Assembly (NCBI GenBank): GCA_002269645.1
Contig: NIVC01000620.1
Span: 248,001 to 312,000, forward strand
Direction: 5' to 3'
Source: Macrostomum lignano
Taxonomy: Eukaryota
Length of the DNA: 64,000 nucleotides
Both the position numbers and the translations under genes were made by a program. Positions 33,703 through 47,953 of the stretch are shown here, in pieces. The stretch's first letter is position 1. Each line of letters begins with the position of its first letter. The notes beneath the pieces were generated by a model. The model was not told where the DNA came from. It searched no databases and worked only from the letters and a program-made list of their open reading frames with translations.

Positions 33703-36084
33703 GCTTTAGAACCAGGGGCTTTAGCACCAGGGGCTTTAGCACCAGGGGCTTTAGCACCAGGGGCTTTAGCACCAGGGGCTTTAGCACCAGGGGCTTTAGC
33801 ACCAGGGGCTTTAGCACCAGGGGCTTTAGCACCAGGGGCTTTAGCACCAGGGGCTTTAGCACCAGGGGCTTTAGCACCAGGGGCTTTAGCACCAGGGGCG
33901 CCAGCACCAGGGGCTTTAGCACCAGGGGCTTTAGCACCAGGGGCGCCAGCACCAGGGGCGCCAGCACCAGGGGCGCCAGCACCAGGGGCGCCAGCACCAG
34001 GGGCGCCAGCACCAGGGGCGCCAGCACCAGGGGCGCCAGCACCAGGGGCGCCAGCACCAGGGGCGCCAGCACCAGGGGCGCCAGCACCAGGGGTGCCAGC
34101 ACCAGGGGCGCCAGCACCAGGGGCTTTAGCACCAGGGGCTTTAGCACCAGGGGCGCCAGCACCAGGGGCTTTAGCACCAGGGGCTTTAGCACCAGGGGCT
34201 TTAGCACCAGGGGCTTTAGCACCAGGGGCTTTAGCACCAGGGGCTTTAGCACCAGGGGCTTTAGCACCAGGGGCTTTAGCACCAGGGGCTTTAGCACCAG
34301 GGGCTTTAGCACCAGGGGCTTTAGCACCAGGGGCTTTAGCACCAGGGGCTTTAGCACCAGGGGCTTTAGCACCAGGGGCTTTAGCACCAGGGGCTTTAGC
34401 ACCAGGGGCTTTAGCACCAGGGGCTTTAGCACCAGGGGCTTTAGCACCAGGGGCTTTAGCACCAGGGGCTTTAGCACCAGGGGCTTTAGCACCAGGGGCT
34501 TTAGCACCAGGGGCTTTAGCACCAGGGGCTTTAGCACCAGGGGCTTTAGCACCAGGGGCTTTAGCACCAGGGGCTTTAGCACCAGGGGCTTTAGCACCAG
34601 GGGCTTTAGCACCAGGGGCTTTAGCACCAGGGGCTTTAGCACCAGGGGCTTTAGCACCAGGGGCTTTAGCACCAGGGGCTTTAGCACCAGGGGCTTTAGC
34701 ACCAGGGGCTTTAGCACCAGGGGCCAGCACCAGGGGCTTTAGCACCAGGGGCTTTAGCACCAGGGGCTTTAGCACCAGGGGCTTTAGCACCAGGGGCTTT
34801 AGCACCAGGGGCTTTAGCACCAGGGGCTTTAGCACCAGGGGCTTTAGCACCAGGGGCTTTAGCACCAGGGGCTTTAGCACCAGGGGCTTTAGCACCAGGG
34901 GCTTTAGCACCAGGGGCTTTAGCACCAGGGGCTTTAGCACCAGGGGCTTTAGCACCAGGGGCTTTAGCACCAGGGGCTTTAGCACCAGGGGCTTTAGCAC
35001 CAGGGGCTTTAGCACCAGGGGCTTTAGCACCAGGGGCTTTAGCACCAGGGGCTTTAGCACCAGGGGCTTTAGCACCAGGGGCTTTAGCACCAGGGGCTTT
35101 AGCACCAGGGGCTTTAGCACCAGGGGCTTTAGCACCAGGGGCTTTAGCACCAGGGGCTTTAGCACCAGGGGCTTTAGCACCAGGGGCTTTAGCACCAGGG
35201 GCTTTAGCACCAGGGGCTTTAGCACCAGGGGCTTTAGCACCAGGGGCTTTAGCACCAGGGGCTTTAGCACCAGGGGCGCCAGCACCAGGGGCGCCAGCAC
35301 CAGGGGCGCCAGCACCAGGGGCGCCAGCACCAGGGGCGCCAGCACCAGGGGCGCCAGCACCAGGGGCGCCAGCACCAGGGGCGCCAGCACCAGGGGCGCC
35401 AGCACCAGGGGCTTTAGCACCAGGGGCGCCAGCACCAGGGGCGCCAGCACCAGGGGCGCCAGCACCAGGGGCGCCAGCACCAGGGGCGCCAGCACCAGGG
35501 GCGCCAGCACCAGGGGCGCCAGCACCAGGGGCGCCAGCACCAGGGGCGCCAGCACCAGGGGCGCCAGCACCAGGGGCGCCAGCACCAGGGGCGCCAGCAC
35601 CAGGGGCGCCAGCACCAGGGGCGCCAGCACCAGGGGCGCCAGCACCAGGGGCTTTAGCACCAGGGGTGCCAGCACCAGGGGCGCCAGCACCAGGGGCGCC
35701 AGCACCAGGGGCGCCAGCACCAGGGGCGCCAGCACCAGGGGCGCCAGCACCAGGGGCGCCAGCACCAGGGGCGCCAGCACCAGGGGCGCCAGCACCAGGG
35801 GCTTTAGCACCAGGGGCTTTAGCACCAGGGGCTTTAGCACCAGGGGCTTTAGCACCAGGGGCTTTAGCACCAGGGGCTTTAGCACCAGGGGCTTTAGCAC
35901 CAGGGGCTTTAGCACCAGGGGCTTTAGCACCAGGGGCTTTAGCACCAGGGGCTTTAGCACCAGGGGCGCCAGCACCAGGGGCGCCAGCACCAGGGGCGCC
36001 AGCACCAGGGGCGCCAGCACCAGGGGCGCCAGCACCAGGGGCGCCAGCACCAGGGGCGCCAGCACCAGGGGCGCCAGCACCAGG
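33703..36084. repeat. 15-bp satellite of about 159 units with two variants, agcaccaggggcTTT and agcaccaggggcGCC
   Basis: Direct reading; one 13-bp unit near 34722 shifts the phase. Confidence 0.98.
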
Positions 36085-36714
36085 GTTTGAGTTGGCAGTG
36101 GCTTACCACTGAAGAAGTTCATCAATAGATTTACCATGAACAGCCCCCTGTCAAAAGCTGTGGCATATTACAACTGTTATATAACTCGCATCGAAAATCT
36201 TGCCAAGAAAAGCTTTGTTCCGCCAAGTAAATCTTTTTGAGAGGAGTTGTGAAGGCGTGGCTTCCAAGCGCTTGCAATACTAATGATAATAACCACTTTC
36301 TTGGCCTTAAGCTAGATCAAAAGTCATCGAACCGTGGCAGTTGCTTTTGTCTGAACCAACTGAGCAACAAGATTCTGGGAGAGAATTGCTTTAATGACAA
36401 TAAGCAGGCGAAAGGTTGAAAATACGGTTGGACTCTTGGCAGTGACAAACAGGCAGACAAAACTCACTGGGGTCCAGTTGTCAACTGTCAAATAATGACT
36501 AAGGAAATGTCCCTAGGGCAAAGCTGAGATTTTCTTTTTGTAGAGAAAGTTAAAACTTCATTGGCATGGCTACAGAATAAAGTGGCATTTTACCTTTCTT
36601 ATAGGTCAGAGAATTTAACGGCTTTTTATAATTGCAGCTAACTTGATGCTGTTATTTCTTCTTTTTGGCTTTGTAGTTTATTTGTAAACCCAGAAGCGAT
36701 GCCCAGTGTCTGTT

Positions 36715-36945
36715 TGGCAACCCTAAGAGCCCATTCGACAACCCTAAGAGCCCATTCGACAACCCTAAGAGTCCATTCGACAACCCTAAATAGTTGAAGT
36801 CCATTCGACAACCCTAAGAGTCCATTCGACAACCCTAAAAGCCCATTCGACAACCCTATGAGTCCATTCGACAACCCTAAAAGCCCATTCGACAACCCTA
36901 AAAGCCCATTCGACAACCCTAAAAGCCCATTCAACAACCCTAAGA
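36715..36945. repeat. 21-bp minisatellite (ccattcgacaaccctaagagc)
   Basis: About 10 units. Confidence 0.93.
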
Positions 36946-38239
36946 GTCATTTAAATGCCTGTTCAGCGCCTCCGGAATGCAGTTCGTGCCCCACTCTCAT
37001 TTATTTACCTGTTAACTGACTTCCTGCGACTTTTTTTTCACACGTCCTCTTTATACTCCCATTCCACAGGTTCATACATCATAATAACACCGCTCGCTTC
37101 CCAAGTCAAGAGCAATAAGTCAGAGAATTATTGTAAACCAGCTATAGCTTAAGATAACTATGTATCAAGCAATTCCCCAAGGACAAATTGCCCATGCCTA
37201 TAAAGCCTTCCACCCATCATTCGCACAAGAAAGTTTCTACTTCCATCCAGAGCCAGAGAAACTTCCCTAGCAACAGCTTCTAAGCTGTGATAGGTAGCGG
37301 GCTCTGGGTCCTGTCACTCGTCAGGCGGAAGCGAGGAGAGGAGAGAGAGAGGTGTTCGCTTCCTGTCAGGATGAAGCCAAGGAAAGGTGAAAGAGTGGAA
37401 CAGAATCTTTCTTGAAAGGGCTGCTGCTTGCACCTTCTCTCTCTTGAAATGATGCAACCAAGCGTTTTGTGCAGCTCGGGTAGCGGTCAGCAACCGTCTC
37501 GTTCGTTACCTAAGGAAGTATATATTTTTAAACAAAGGGCCCATCAGCAGCAACAGGTGCTCCTCTTGGTACAGATCAATGAATGGTGCTTTGACCATAG
37601 AACCAAGTGGCATTGCAGTTACTGTAGAAGTTCGAATTACATTAAGGGTCAGGAAACTGGGTCTTCTCCATCTCGGCAAACTTGCAGTTGTCATATTATA
37701 TATACAATATACAACCACTGTGCCTGACCTACCCCTCTCGCAGCCAAAGGTTTTCGAGTTGCTAAGCATGCCCAAAGTAAAGCTCCAACGGAAGGAAAGG
37801 AGATCGCGCGGTCCAAATGACAACTGTTTAAGACGCTAGCTTTCCCATGACTCTGCTGTATGACATGATTTATTGCATATAGTATATAGAGTAATTATAA
37901 TATACGACTCTCATGCTAACAGCTAAAAAGTAAGGTGATAACTTCGTGTAGTGTGTTTTTTTTGTTGTTGCTAGGCCAAACAAATCATTGATCACTTGAC
38001 AGTCAAAGGATTTCCTTCAGATAGCTGTTTCGCTTTGAAGAGTTTTATGGAGATATGACCAACTAGCGAACTAGCGAATAAATAAATGATCCAATTGACT
38101 TCCGCTTGAAACCTGGTCTCTGAGACGCTGACCAAGAGTGGTGTTGATCTTGACGCCTTTTTTTAGAAACTGTCTTTATATTGTGTGTATGTGTGTGTCC
38201 TTTTGTGTTCTTGCAGCTGGCGCCTCTCATTATTCTAGA

Positions 38240-38795
<556 letters not shown>

Positions 38796-39492
38796 ACTGC
38801 TAATGCATAATTAACCACGTAGCCCCAACTCCAGTCAATTGACAACACCCAAAAGCACGCCCCCTATACACACATAGCTTCTCTACAGCTTCGCGGAAGA
38901 AGGTTTGATGAAGCATTAATCTTGTTGATTAGGCCAAGTCAGATTGGCCCCCGCACAGCGGTGAAATTGGTTTCAAACAATTTCTCCCTCCGACGTGGCA
39001 TTTTGATCAAACGCGGTAGGAGGCTGTTTGAGCAAGGCAGTCATGATGAACCGGTACTGCAGATCTCATGGTCTGATTTGGAGAACTGCACATGCAGGCT
39101 CCCGGGCCCAGTAGCGATTGGGCAAAGATTAACCCTTGTTTGACATTTGATATCAGGCCCAGCCCTGGGGTTCCTCACACAGCACTGTGGGTGTTTGTCA
39201 ACCCTTTCTCTGTATTGAGCAGAGCAATGCTATGAGTGAAGACGGAGGGCCCTTGGAGAGAAATTTATATATTTTTATTTCCCGAATATCTGCTTTTTTG
39301 ATGCTCTAATGTTGAGATATTTATCTGAGTTATTCTGTGTTGTTGGCAATGCTTTTCCCATCTTTGAGGCATTCTTTCTTTGATCCCAATTTTTATTATC
39401 ATTGCAGATTTATAACATCTCATGCCCTTCGTAACCTTTTTGGTTGCTTTTGGATTCTGATTCCGCATTATTTTATACGCTTCTTAAATTGG

Positions 39493-40595
39493 TCTATAGA
39501 TTTGGCGCCTTTCCATTACTGTATAGATTTGGCGCTTCTTACATTGGTCTATAGATTTGGCGCCTCTCCATTACTGTATAGATTTGGCGCTTCTTACATT
39601 GGTCTATAGATTTGGCGCCTTTCCATTACTGTATAGATTTGGCGCTTCTTACATTGGTCTATAGATTTGGCGCCTCTCCATTACTGTATAGATTTGGCGC
39701 TTCTTACATTGGTCTATAGATTTGGCGCCTTTCCATTACTGTATAGATTTGGCGCTTCTTACATTGGTCTATAGATCTGGCGCCTCTCCATTACTGTATA
39801 GATTTGCCGCTTCTTACATTGGTCTATAGATCTGGCGCCTTTCCATTACTGTATAGATTTGGCGCTTCTTACATTGGTCTATAGATTTGGCGCCTTTCCA
39901 TTACTGTATAGATTTGCCGCTTCTTACATTGGTCTATAGATCTGGCGCCTCTCCATTACTGTATAGATTTGGCGCTTCTTACATTGGTCTATAGATCTGG
40001 CGCCTCTCCATTACTGTATAGATTTGGCGCTTCTTACATTGGTCTATAGATCTGGCGCCTCTCCATTACTGTATAGATTTGCCGCTTCTTACATTGGTCT
40101 ATAGATCTGGCGCCTTTCCATTACTGTATAGATTTGGCGCTTCTTACATTGGTCTATAGATCTGGCGCCTCTCCATTACTGCATAGATTTGCCGCTTCTT
40201 ACATTGGTCTATAGATCTGGCGTCTCTCCATTACTGTATAGATTTGGCGCCTCTAACATCAATTGCTTTGTAGATTTGGCGCTTCTCCAACTAACTCTAT
40301 AGATTTGGCGCTTCTCACATTAGTCTATAGATTTTGCGCCTCTTATCTTGGTCTATAGATTTGGCGCCTCTCCATTCTTATATAGATTTGGCGCCTCTCC
40401 ATTCTTGTATAGATTTGGCGCCTCTCCATTCTTGTATAGATTTGGCGCATCTTACATTAATTACCCTATAGATTTGGCGCCCCTTCTATTGACTCTATAG
40501 ATTTGGCTCCTCTTATGTTGGTCTATAGATTTGACGCATCTCCCAATTACTCTATAGATTTGACGCCTCTCACATCCCTATAGATTTGACGCCTC
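39493..40595. repeat. 55-bp higher-order repeat (27+28-bp subunits sharing tatagatttggcgc) decaying into monomers on the right
   Basis: Alternating ...ctttccattactg / ...ttcttacattggtc subunits to about 40250, degenerate monomers after that. Confidence 0.95.
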
Positions 40596-41437
40596 TCACG
40601 TTTGGGTCTTCTAAACACACTGGTGCGAAATCTAATCGACATCTATTCGTTAGACCGCCAGACAACAATTTTATCGGTATTCTGCTGGTCTTTGTCTTTG
40701 AGAGCAAAACTACATGCTACCAGGTTAGACTTCCAGATTCGCTCTTAACCGCCCTATTAAAAGGATTCTAAAAATATTTCAACATTGGCTTGCTTTGATG
40801 TGGACTGTTCCGAAACTGAAGGCGAGGAAAAGACAGGCGGAGGGTTTCGGTGGCTCTTGTTAGAGAGAGGAGAGGAGAGATTGCTATCGGACACATGCGC
40901 GAACACACAACAGGGCCGCCTCTTTAGTTTTAAAGGTTTAAAGAGTGGTGCATGGTGGTGTTGGGTCGATGGGGTAGGGAGGGGGTGCCATGTTCCATGC
41001 GCTGTCCCAACATCCCCTTCCGCGCTCCTTATCGGCACAGAGAATCAGGTGAATTAATGCTGGCCTCATATATATTTGAGCTCCAAGGACTCAACATTTC
41101 GGTGTTGTGTTGAGTGTGTGTGTGCAACCCCAATTGCATGCATGGTGTTCAGAGTCTAATTTTTCATTCATTCTTTCCTTGTCTCGAATCGCCCTCTCTC
41201 TCTCTCTGTGTTCTCTGTTCTCAACTCTTCCGGCAAATGGCGCTTCTAGAAGAAGATCAGGTAGAATTGAGAACGAGCGAAATTAAGAGTGTGCTGATCG
41301 GTATCAGCTGCATATAGCTGCCAGGCAGAGTGCAGTGGCTCCATCAGTCTTCCCCTTGTGTTCGCCTCTTGTTGTCAGGGCGACTGTCGGTCTGTCTGCG
41401 TGCTGAGGGCCTGGCGCTCTGATGGCTGACTAGAGGG

Positions 41438-41791
<354 letters not shown>

Positions 41792-43679
41792 GCAGTTCAT
41801 CTGTGACACTTCACAGCAGTGGGGCGGGGTGTTGTGACAGCTGGACAGGTCATCAAAACCGCAGAGCTGCCAAGTCCTGCTACAGGCGATGTGGGTGAGA
41901 AGTGAGAGGCAGGCATAACAGGACAGGCCAGACTCCGCCCACAATAGCGGTGCTTTCGCTTATTTTAACACTCATTGCTCCTCCAACACATTCTCGAATT
42001 TTCACCTCGCGGCATTAAGACAAGGTGACGCGCATTATTTTGCACAATATTTTGATCGCAAAAGAAGAGAAAAAAGAGCTGATTTTTGTATATAATAATG
42101 ACAGGGACTGCGCGGGGATTTTGTCGCTTCCGAAAGTTTTTGGCAGCCTGCATGCGGTGCCTTCACTGCCTGAGGCGTTAGGCGGCACCCCCCCCTCAAG
42201 CCGCCTTTGTTGGTGGCTGCCCCGCCCTATGAAGAAAAAATCAAACCGTTGTCTCGCTATAGGAAAAGATTTCGATCAACAACTCCGCTCTCTGCGTTGG
42301 TTGTATAGTTTGGGGAAAAAACTCCCCCCCCCCCCTATACGAACCGCCGATCCGATGCTCCCCCAGGGCGATGCAATAAACGGCCATTGCTGTGGGTACG
42401 GAGCCACTACAGCCTTTTTGGAATGTCGTTTTGGTTGTTTTCGAATTTAAAAGAAAAAAATATTTCTTTGCCAAAATCGAGTAACAAGTGCGTCATATTT
42501 TGCTGATAAATTTATTAAAATATGATTATTAGAGGATCTTTCAAGAGTTTCATTGTCGGACAATGGGGTTCAAAAATCAAAATCTGACCATTCTGCAGGA
42601 AAAATTAAGCTGTGACTTTGAACTCCTTGGCAGTATGAACGGCTTGTTCAGTTTTTTATTTTTTTCTAAAAAAATTTGGACCGCCCACAAAGACGATTCA
42701 ACCATTTTAACCTGCGATTTCTATAAACTGCCGTTATGCTGGACACGCAGGTCTAGAGAGATGCAAAACAGTTCTAAAATTTTATTGTTATGATCCTGTT
42801 GCTAATGCTGCTAATATAGAGTCCAGGTGTGACAGAACAAAACTTCTGGAACCAAAATCTTACAACGCATCTCGTTTAGAACTTTATGAGCCTCATTGCC
42901 CTCTGCAGAGCGGGACCGTTACTTGTTAAAGACAATTTTCACTTAACTGGCTGCTTTGGGGGGTTGGGGGGGTATTTGAAATTTGAGGATTTGGATTTTT
43001 ATTATTTTGTTTGGTTTTAGTGGTAATTGCGAAAGCAGGTTTCGTAGGCCCGACCTCGGCAAGGAAACTCCCCCCTGACCCGTTATGCTTTGTCTTCAAG
43101 TGGAAACACGGAGTTGAAATCAAGTGGGCCATTGACCATTGTGCAACCAATTTGACTTTCCTAAATCCTCGCTTCTACTTAGGAGGAACAACAACCCGAA
43201 GAAGAAAGTCTTACAACAAACAAAAGATAAGAATTAGCGACAGGTGATTTTTGGCTACTTAAGTTTACCTGAGGAGGGGGGGGGGCATCTCTGTTGCTTT
43301 GACATGTCAGTGTCTGTGTATGCGTGACCTTTTCAACGGCAAGAAGTCTATAAAAGATCATCGGATATCTATAGATACCTGATCAAGATTATCAAAGTCT
43401 TAAAATTGGACCCCCTGCTGTTCTTATCTCCGGCCAATGACAATTGTCACTGTTGGAGATGGCTTTTTGACATTCTCTGCCGGTGTAGGCCCGAGTTTTG
43501 AGTCCCCAATAACCCAAGTTCCGGTTCTGAGTCTGTCAAATGCCACACAGACCGCGCAAGTTTTTTCTTAAACTAAAAAATGACTAATTATGAGATAATC
43601 GATTGACTTTTGGTCATTTTTATAAGCTTGGGATATGATAGGCATCTGAAATTTTGCTTTTATGGACTACAGGTTTTGG

Positions 43680-43855
43680 ATAGGGAGATGAAGGAGAGAG
43701 ATGAAGGAGATGGAGAGGGGGTGGAGATGGAGATGGAGAGGGAGAGGGAGATGGAGATGGAGAGGGAGAGGGAGAGGGAGAGGGAGAGGGAGAGGGAGAG
43801 GGAGATGGAGATGGAGAGGGAGAGAGAGATGGAGATGGAGATGGAGAGGGAAATG
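43680..43855. repeat. Purine hexamer repeat (gagagg / gagatg)
   Basis: Direct reading. Confidence 0.9.
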
Positions 43856-44992
43856 GGGACAAGACAACACAAAAGCAATTAGAAATCAATAACTAATGAG
43901 AAGCAACAGCAATACATTTATTTAATGATAAATTTCACCAAACAGAATTAGCCTAAATGCAATTTACTCAGCTAAAGCTGCCCCAAACAGGTTAAATCAG
44001 AAAACTATATACAATATTTGCCCCCAAGCAGCAGCAAAGGACAAAATGCTTTGACTTGCAATAAAATTCAAGTTGCAGTAATTTCTTCTTGCTTCCGTTA
44101 AAGAATGCCACAAACCGAAGGCCTGTCTGCTTCATGCTTGCATAAGCGCAGCGCACACACATCGGGGGCCCCCAGTGCGGTCGATCGGTTGAAACAGAGA
44201 ATTCTGTCTGTTTATACGAGCTGTCTTCTTCTTCTCCTGCCGTTGAACAGCTCGGATGCCTGCCCTGCTGCACAGTTGGAAGTCTCCAGCCAGCAAACGC
44301 GCGGCGGGCCCTCTAAACAACTTTGGCTGGCAGTTTCTGAAAAGATTTTGAAAAATTTCCTTCTATAGGGCTCAGTTTAAAACTGAGCTGCATGCAAGAA
44401 GCCCCCTGTTGTGGCTGGAGGGAATTTCTCTTGACAGGGCAAAAACATTCCAAATAGGATAAATATAGTTTTGCTTGGAACTGCTTGGCGCGCTTGTAAT
44501 AGGGAGGGGGGAGGCTGTTTCTCAGAATTCGTACCGATCTATATGGCCCCTGTCTATGGTGCAAAGCCAACTATAGCAAAAGTCACGTACAATTGCTTAA
44601 ATTCAAGTTTTTGTTTGGTATACAGAGTCTCGCATTCCAGTTCATATACAGAGCCAATAGATCAATAACACGTTTATTGTATGAATATACTTTTTCGTTT
44701 AACGATTATGTATTTTGTTGAAATTTTAGAATTTGTTTACCGGGCATGAAAAACATGAAAACTTGAAAAGCGCAAAATGAATGCATAACTGATATCGATA
44801 GTAGTTCAATTGTTTGACTTTTGGTCAAGTGACTCAAGTTCCCCGACCCCGGTTGCCTGAGCGGTTTGCAGTTTACTCATTCTGTGATGCAGGCATTACG
44901 TCTGAGTCTTAAAAAAGTGTTTTTGAGCATTCTCAATTTGCACTTTCCATGAACTCTTATAAGAGTTATATAGAGGAGACAAGAGAATGAGG

Positions 44993-45778
44993 TTAGGGTA
45001 GAGTGCAAAGAGTAGGGTAGAGCGAGAAGGGGTAGGGTAGCGAGAGAAGGGGTAGGGTAGAGCGAGAGGGGGTAGGGTAGAGCGAGAAAGGGTAGGGTAG
45101 AGCGAGAAGGGGTAGGGTAGAGCGAGAAGGGTTAGGGTAGAGCGAGAAGGGGTAGGGTAGAGCGAGAAGGGTTAGGGTAGAGCGAGAAAGGGTAGGGTAG
45201 AGCGAGAAGGGGTAGGGTGGAGCGAGAAAGGGTAGGGTAGAGCGAGAAAGGGTAGGGTAGAGCGAGAAAGGGTAGGGTAGAGCGAGAAAGGGTAGGGTAG
45301 AGCGAGAAAGGGTAGGGTAGAGCGAGAAAGGGTAGGGTAGAGCGAGAAAGGGTAGGGTAGAGCGAGAAAGGGTAGGGTAGAGCGAGAAGGGGTAGGGTAG
45401 AGCGAGAAAGGGTAGGGTAGAGCGAGAAGGGGTAGGGTAGAGCGAGAAGGGGTAGGGTAGAGCGAGAAAGGGTAGGGTAGAGCGAGAAAGGGTAGGGTAG
45501 AGCGAGAAGGGGTAGGGTAGAGCGAGAAAGGGTAGGGTAGAGCGAGAAAGGGTAGAGTGGAGCGAGAAAGGGTAGGGTAGAGCGAGAAGGGGTAGGGTAG
45601 AGCGAGAAGGGGTAGGGTGGAGCGAGAAAGGGTAGGGTAGAGCGAGAAGGGGTAGGGTAGAGCGAGAAGGGGTAGGGTAGAGCGAGAAAGGGTAGGGTAG
45701 AGCGAGAAGGGGTAGGGTAGAGCGAGAAAGGGTAGGGTAGAGCGAGAAGGGGTAGGGTAGAGCGAGAAGGTGTAGAGT
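44993..45778. repeat. 20-bp G-rich minisatellite (gggtagggtagagcgagaaR), about 39 units
   Basis: Direct reading. Confidence 0.96.
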
Positions 45779-46544
45779 ATGCAGCAATGCAGAATCCAAA
45801 GCTTTATTGAGTACTACACATTATGCATAGTTTTACCCAAAGATTTCCCAATTAATTGATGGAGCTGGTGCTATCTGATTGTCTGACAACTCTCAGTGTT
45901 GAAACCATATTTCAACATTCTTCTCTGGAGAAACCAGAATTCTCCAGAGCATCGAATAGCATCAACTGTGCAGAGTTAGTTGTAATTGCTCACGTTTTGT
46001 TAACTTGAAAAGAATTTTTGAATTTCTATTATTGAAAAATCTGAAGAGTTGCTTGGAGACGAAGGGAGTCAAGTCAGTGCATAACATCTTTAATTAACCT
46101 GACACCCATTCTAGTTTCTAGACATTGGAAGACCATGCGTAGCAACCATGTGATCAGTTGGTTTTGTTGAGTTTTAAAATCGAATTCTCAAATAGAACAA
46201 TGGATTACATTTAATGAATATGTGCAGAGACAATTCTTGGAAATATTGTCTTCAGAAGATGAGCCGCTCCATATGAATGGCTGTGCGGTGAATCTTTGAT
46301 GATGAACCTGAAACTTGAGTTAGCGGATCCCGGAAGTCTGAAGTCTCTGAACTATAATATAACAAAAACTAAAGCGGATTCTATTTTGAAATCTGATCAG
46401 AGGTGTCAAAATTATTGAAAGATTGAAGGACCCTTAGGAGTTCTCGAGAATTCACAAATCTCGCGTCTAAAAATTGCATCGACCAAAATAAAAATGGCCC
46501 CCTTCAACGTGAAAATGGCATTCATCAAGACAAAATGGCACTTT

Positions 46545-47200
46545 TCAAGATGAAAATGGCAGCCTTCTAAATAAAAATGGCAGCCTTCAAGATAAAAATT
46601 GGCACCCTCCAAGATAAAAATGGCACACTCCACGATAAAAATGGCACCCTTCAAGATAAAAATGGCACTTTCCAAGATACAAATGGCACACTCCAAGATA
46701 AAAATGGCACCCTTCGAGATAAAAATGGCACTTTCCAAGATAAAAATGGCACCCTTCAATTTAAAAATGGCACCCTTAAAGATAAAAATGGCACCCTTCC
46801 AGAATCTAAAAATGGCACCCTTCCCGAATCTAAAAATGGCACCCTTCCAGAATCTAAAAATGGCACCCTTCCAGAATATAAAAATGGCACCCTTCCCGAA
46901 TCTAAAAATGGCACCCTTCCAGAGTCTAAAAATGGCACCCTTCCCGAATCTAAAAATGGCACCCTTCCAGAATCTAAAAATGGCACCCTTCCAGAATATA
47001 AAAATGGCACCCTTCCCGAATCTAAAAATGGCACCCTTCCAGAGTCTAAAAATGGCACCCTTCCCGAATCTAAAAATGGCACCCTTCCAGAATCTAAAAA
47101 TGGCACCCTTCCCGAATCTAAAAATGGCACCCTTCCAGAATCTAAAAATGGCACCCTTCCCGAATATAAAAATGGCACCCTTCACGATAAAAATGACAAC
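46545..47200. repeat. 21/24-bp minisatellite (aaaaatggcacccttccagaatct)
   Basis: Degenerate 21-mers on the left, homogeneous 24-mers at about 46780-47170. Confidence 0.95.
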
Positions 47201-47953
47201 TTCACAAAACAATGGCACACTTCAAAGCTGTAATACCATATGTTCGGAACAAGAAGCTGGCAAACCTGTTACTCATTAAACTTTCTAGCCCTCCTGTTCC
47301 TTTCCTCAAAAAATGAGCAATTCCCCCCATAGTCCAGGCCCATCGCCATTTGCGGGCAACCCCTCACCCAGCCGCTCCAGCGGCAACCAATAGCAAACCT
47401 TCCGAGGCCACGGGACCATCCCACCAAACCCAAACCCTCAGTCGTGTCCCGCCACCCCCAGCTCTCTGCTTGGCCGCTTACGCACCCCCAAGTTTTCGGC
47501 TCCCTTATATCAGATCAGATAGAATCAGACAGGCCGAGAGATCTCAGATCTATCGCTCATTTGTGGTGTCCACCGCCTCCGCTGTTGAACTGTTTGCCAA
47601 CTCGCAGGCCCAGTCAAAGCCAAAGCTTAGGAATTTATCTGCACTTGGCATCGAGACAAGAGCTGTTGGAAGGCAAAGCACTATCTGATCACAGCGTTGC
47701 TGGCGCTGCTAAGGGCACAGATTGGTCGACGGCTTTTTTGTCTCCTTTCCACATTCATTATCTCATCGCATTCGTTTCTCAATCAGCTGCATTAGGGACG
47801 CGGCTTTAAAAGAAGAAAAAAGTGGTAAGTTCACGTAGATTGTTAGACACAAATATCAACAAATTTTCGAAGGCTTTGATACAATGCTTCTCATTGTTTC
47901 CACACATCCAACAGCTCACCAACAGTGGACTGACAGCAGAGCCAGACAGCAGC

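Noticed and set aside
33703-36084. Resemblance of gcaccaggggcgcc to the CTCF motif
   Set aside because: One base shorter than the CCASYAGRKGGCRS core, and CTCF is reported lost in flatworms.
33593-36137. 374-, 807- and 813-aa ORFs (APGAL, STRGF, LVLKP, GAKAP repeats) resembling collagen or elastin
   Set aside because: A stop-free 15-bp unit opens several frames on both strands. There is no Gly-X-Y periodicity, no signal peptide and no synonymous variation pattern.
44993-45200. Interstitial telomeric repeat (a few ttaggg)
   Set aside because: Only isolated TTAGGG variants within a 20-bp unit; no tandem hexamer array.
46412-47279. 218-aa ORF with an NGT sequon every 7-8 residues, and three other overlapping ORFs
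   Set aside because: 21/24-bp units are multiples of three and four frames are open; no signal peptide or unique domain.
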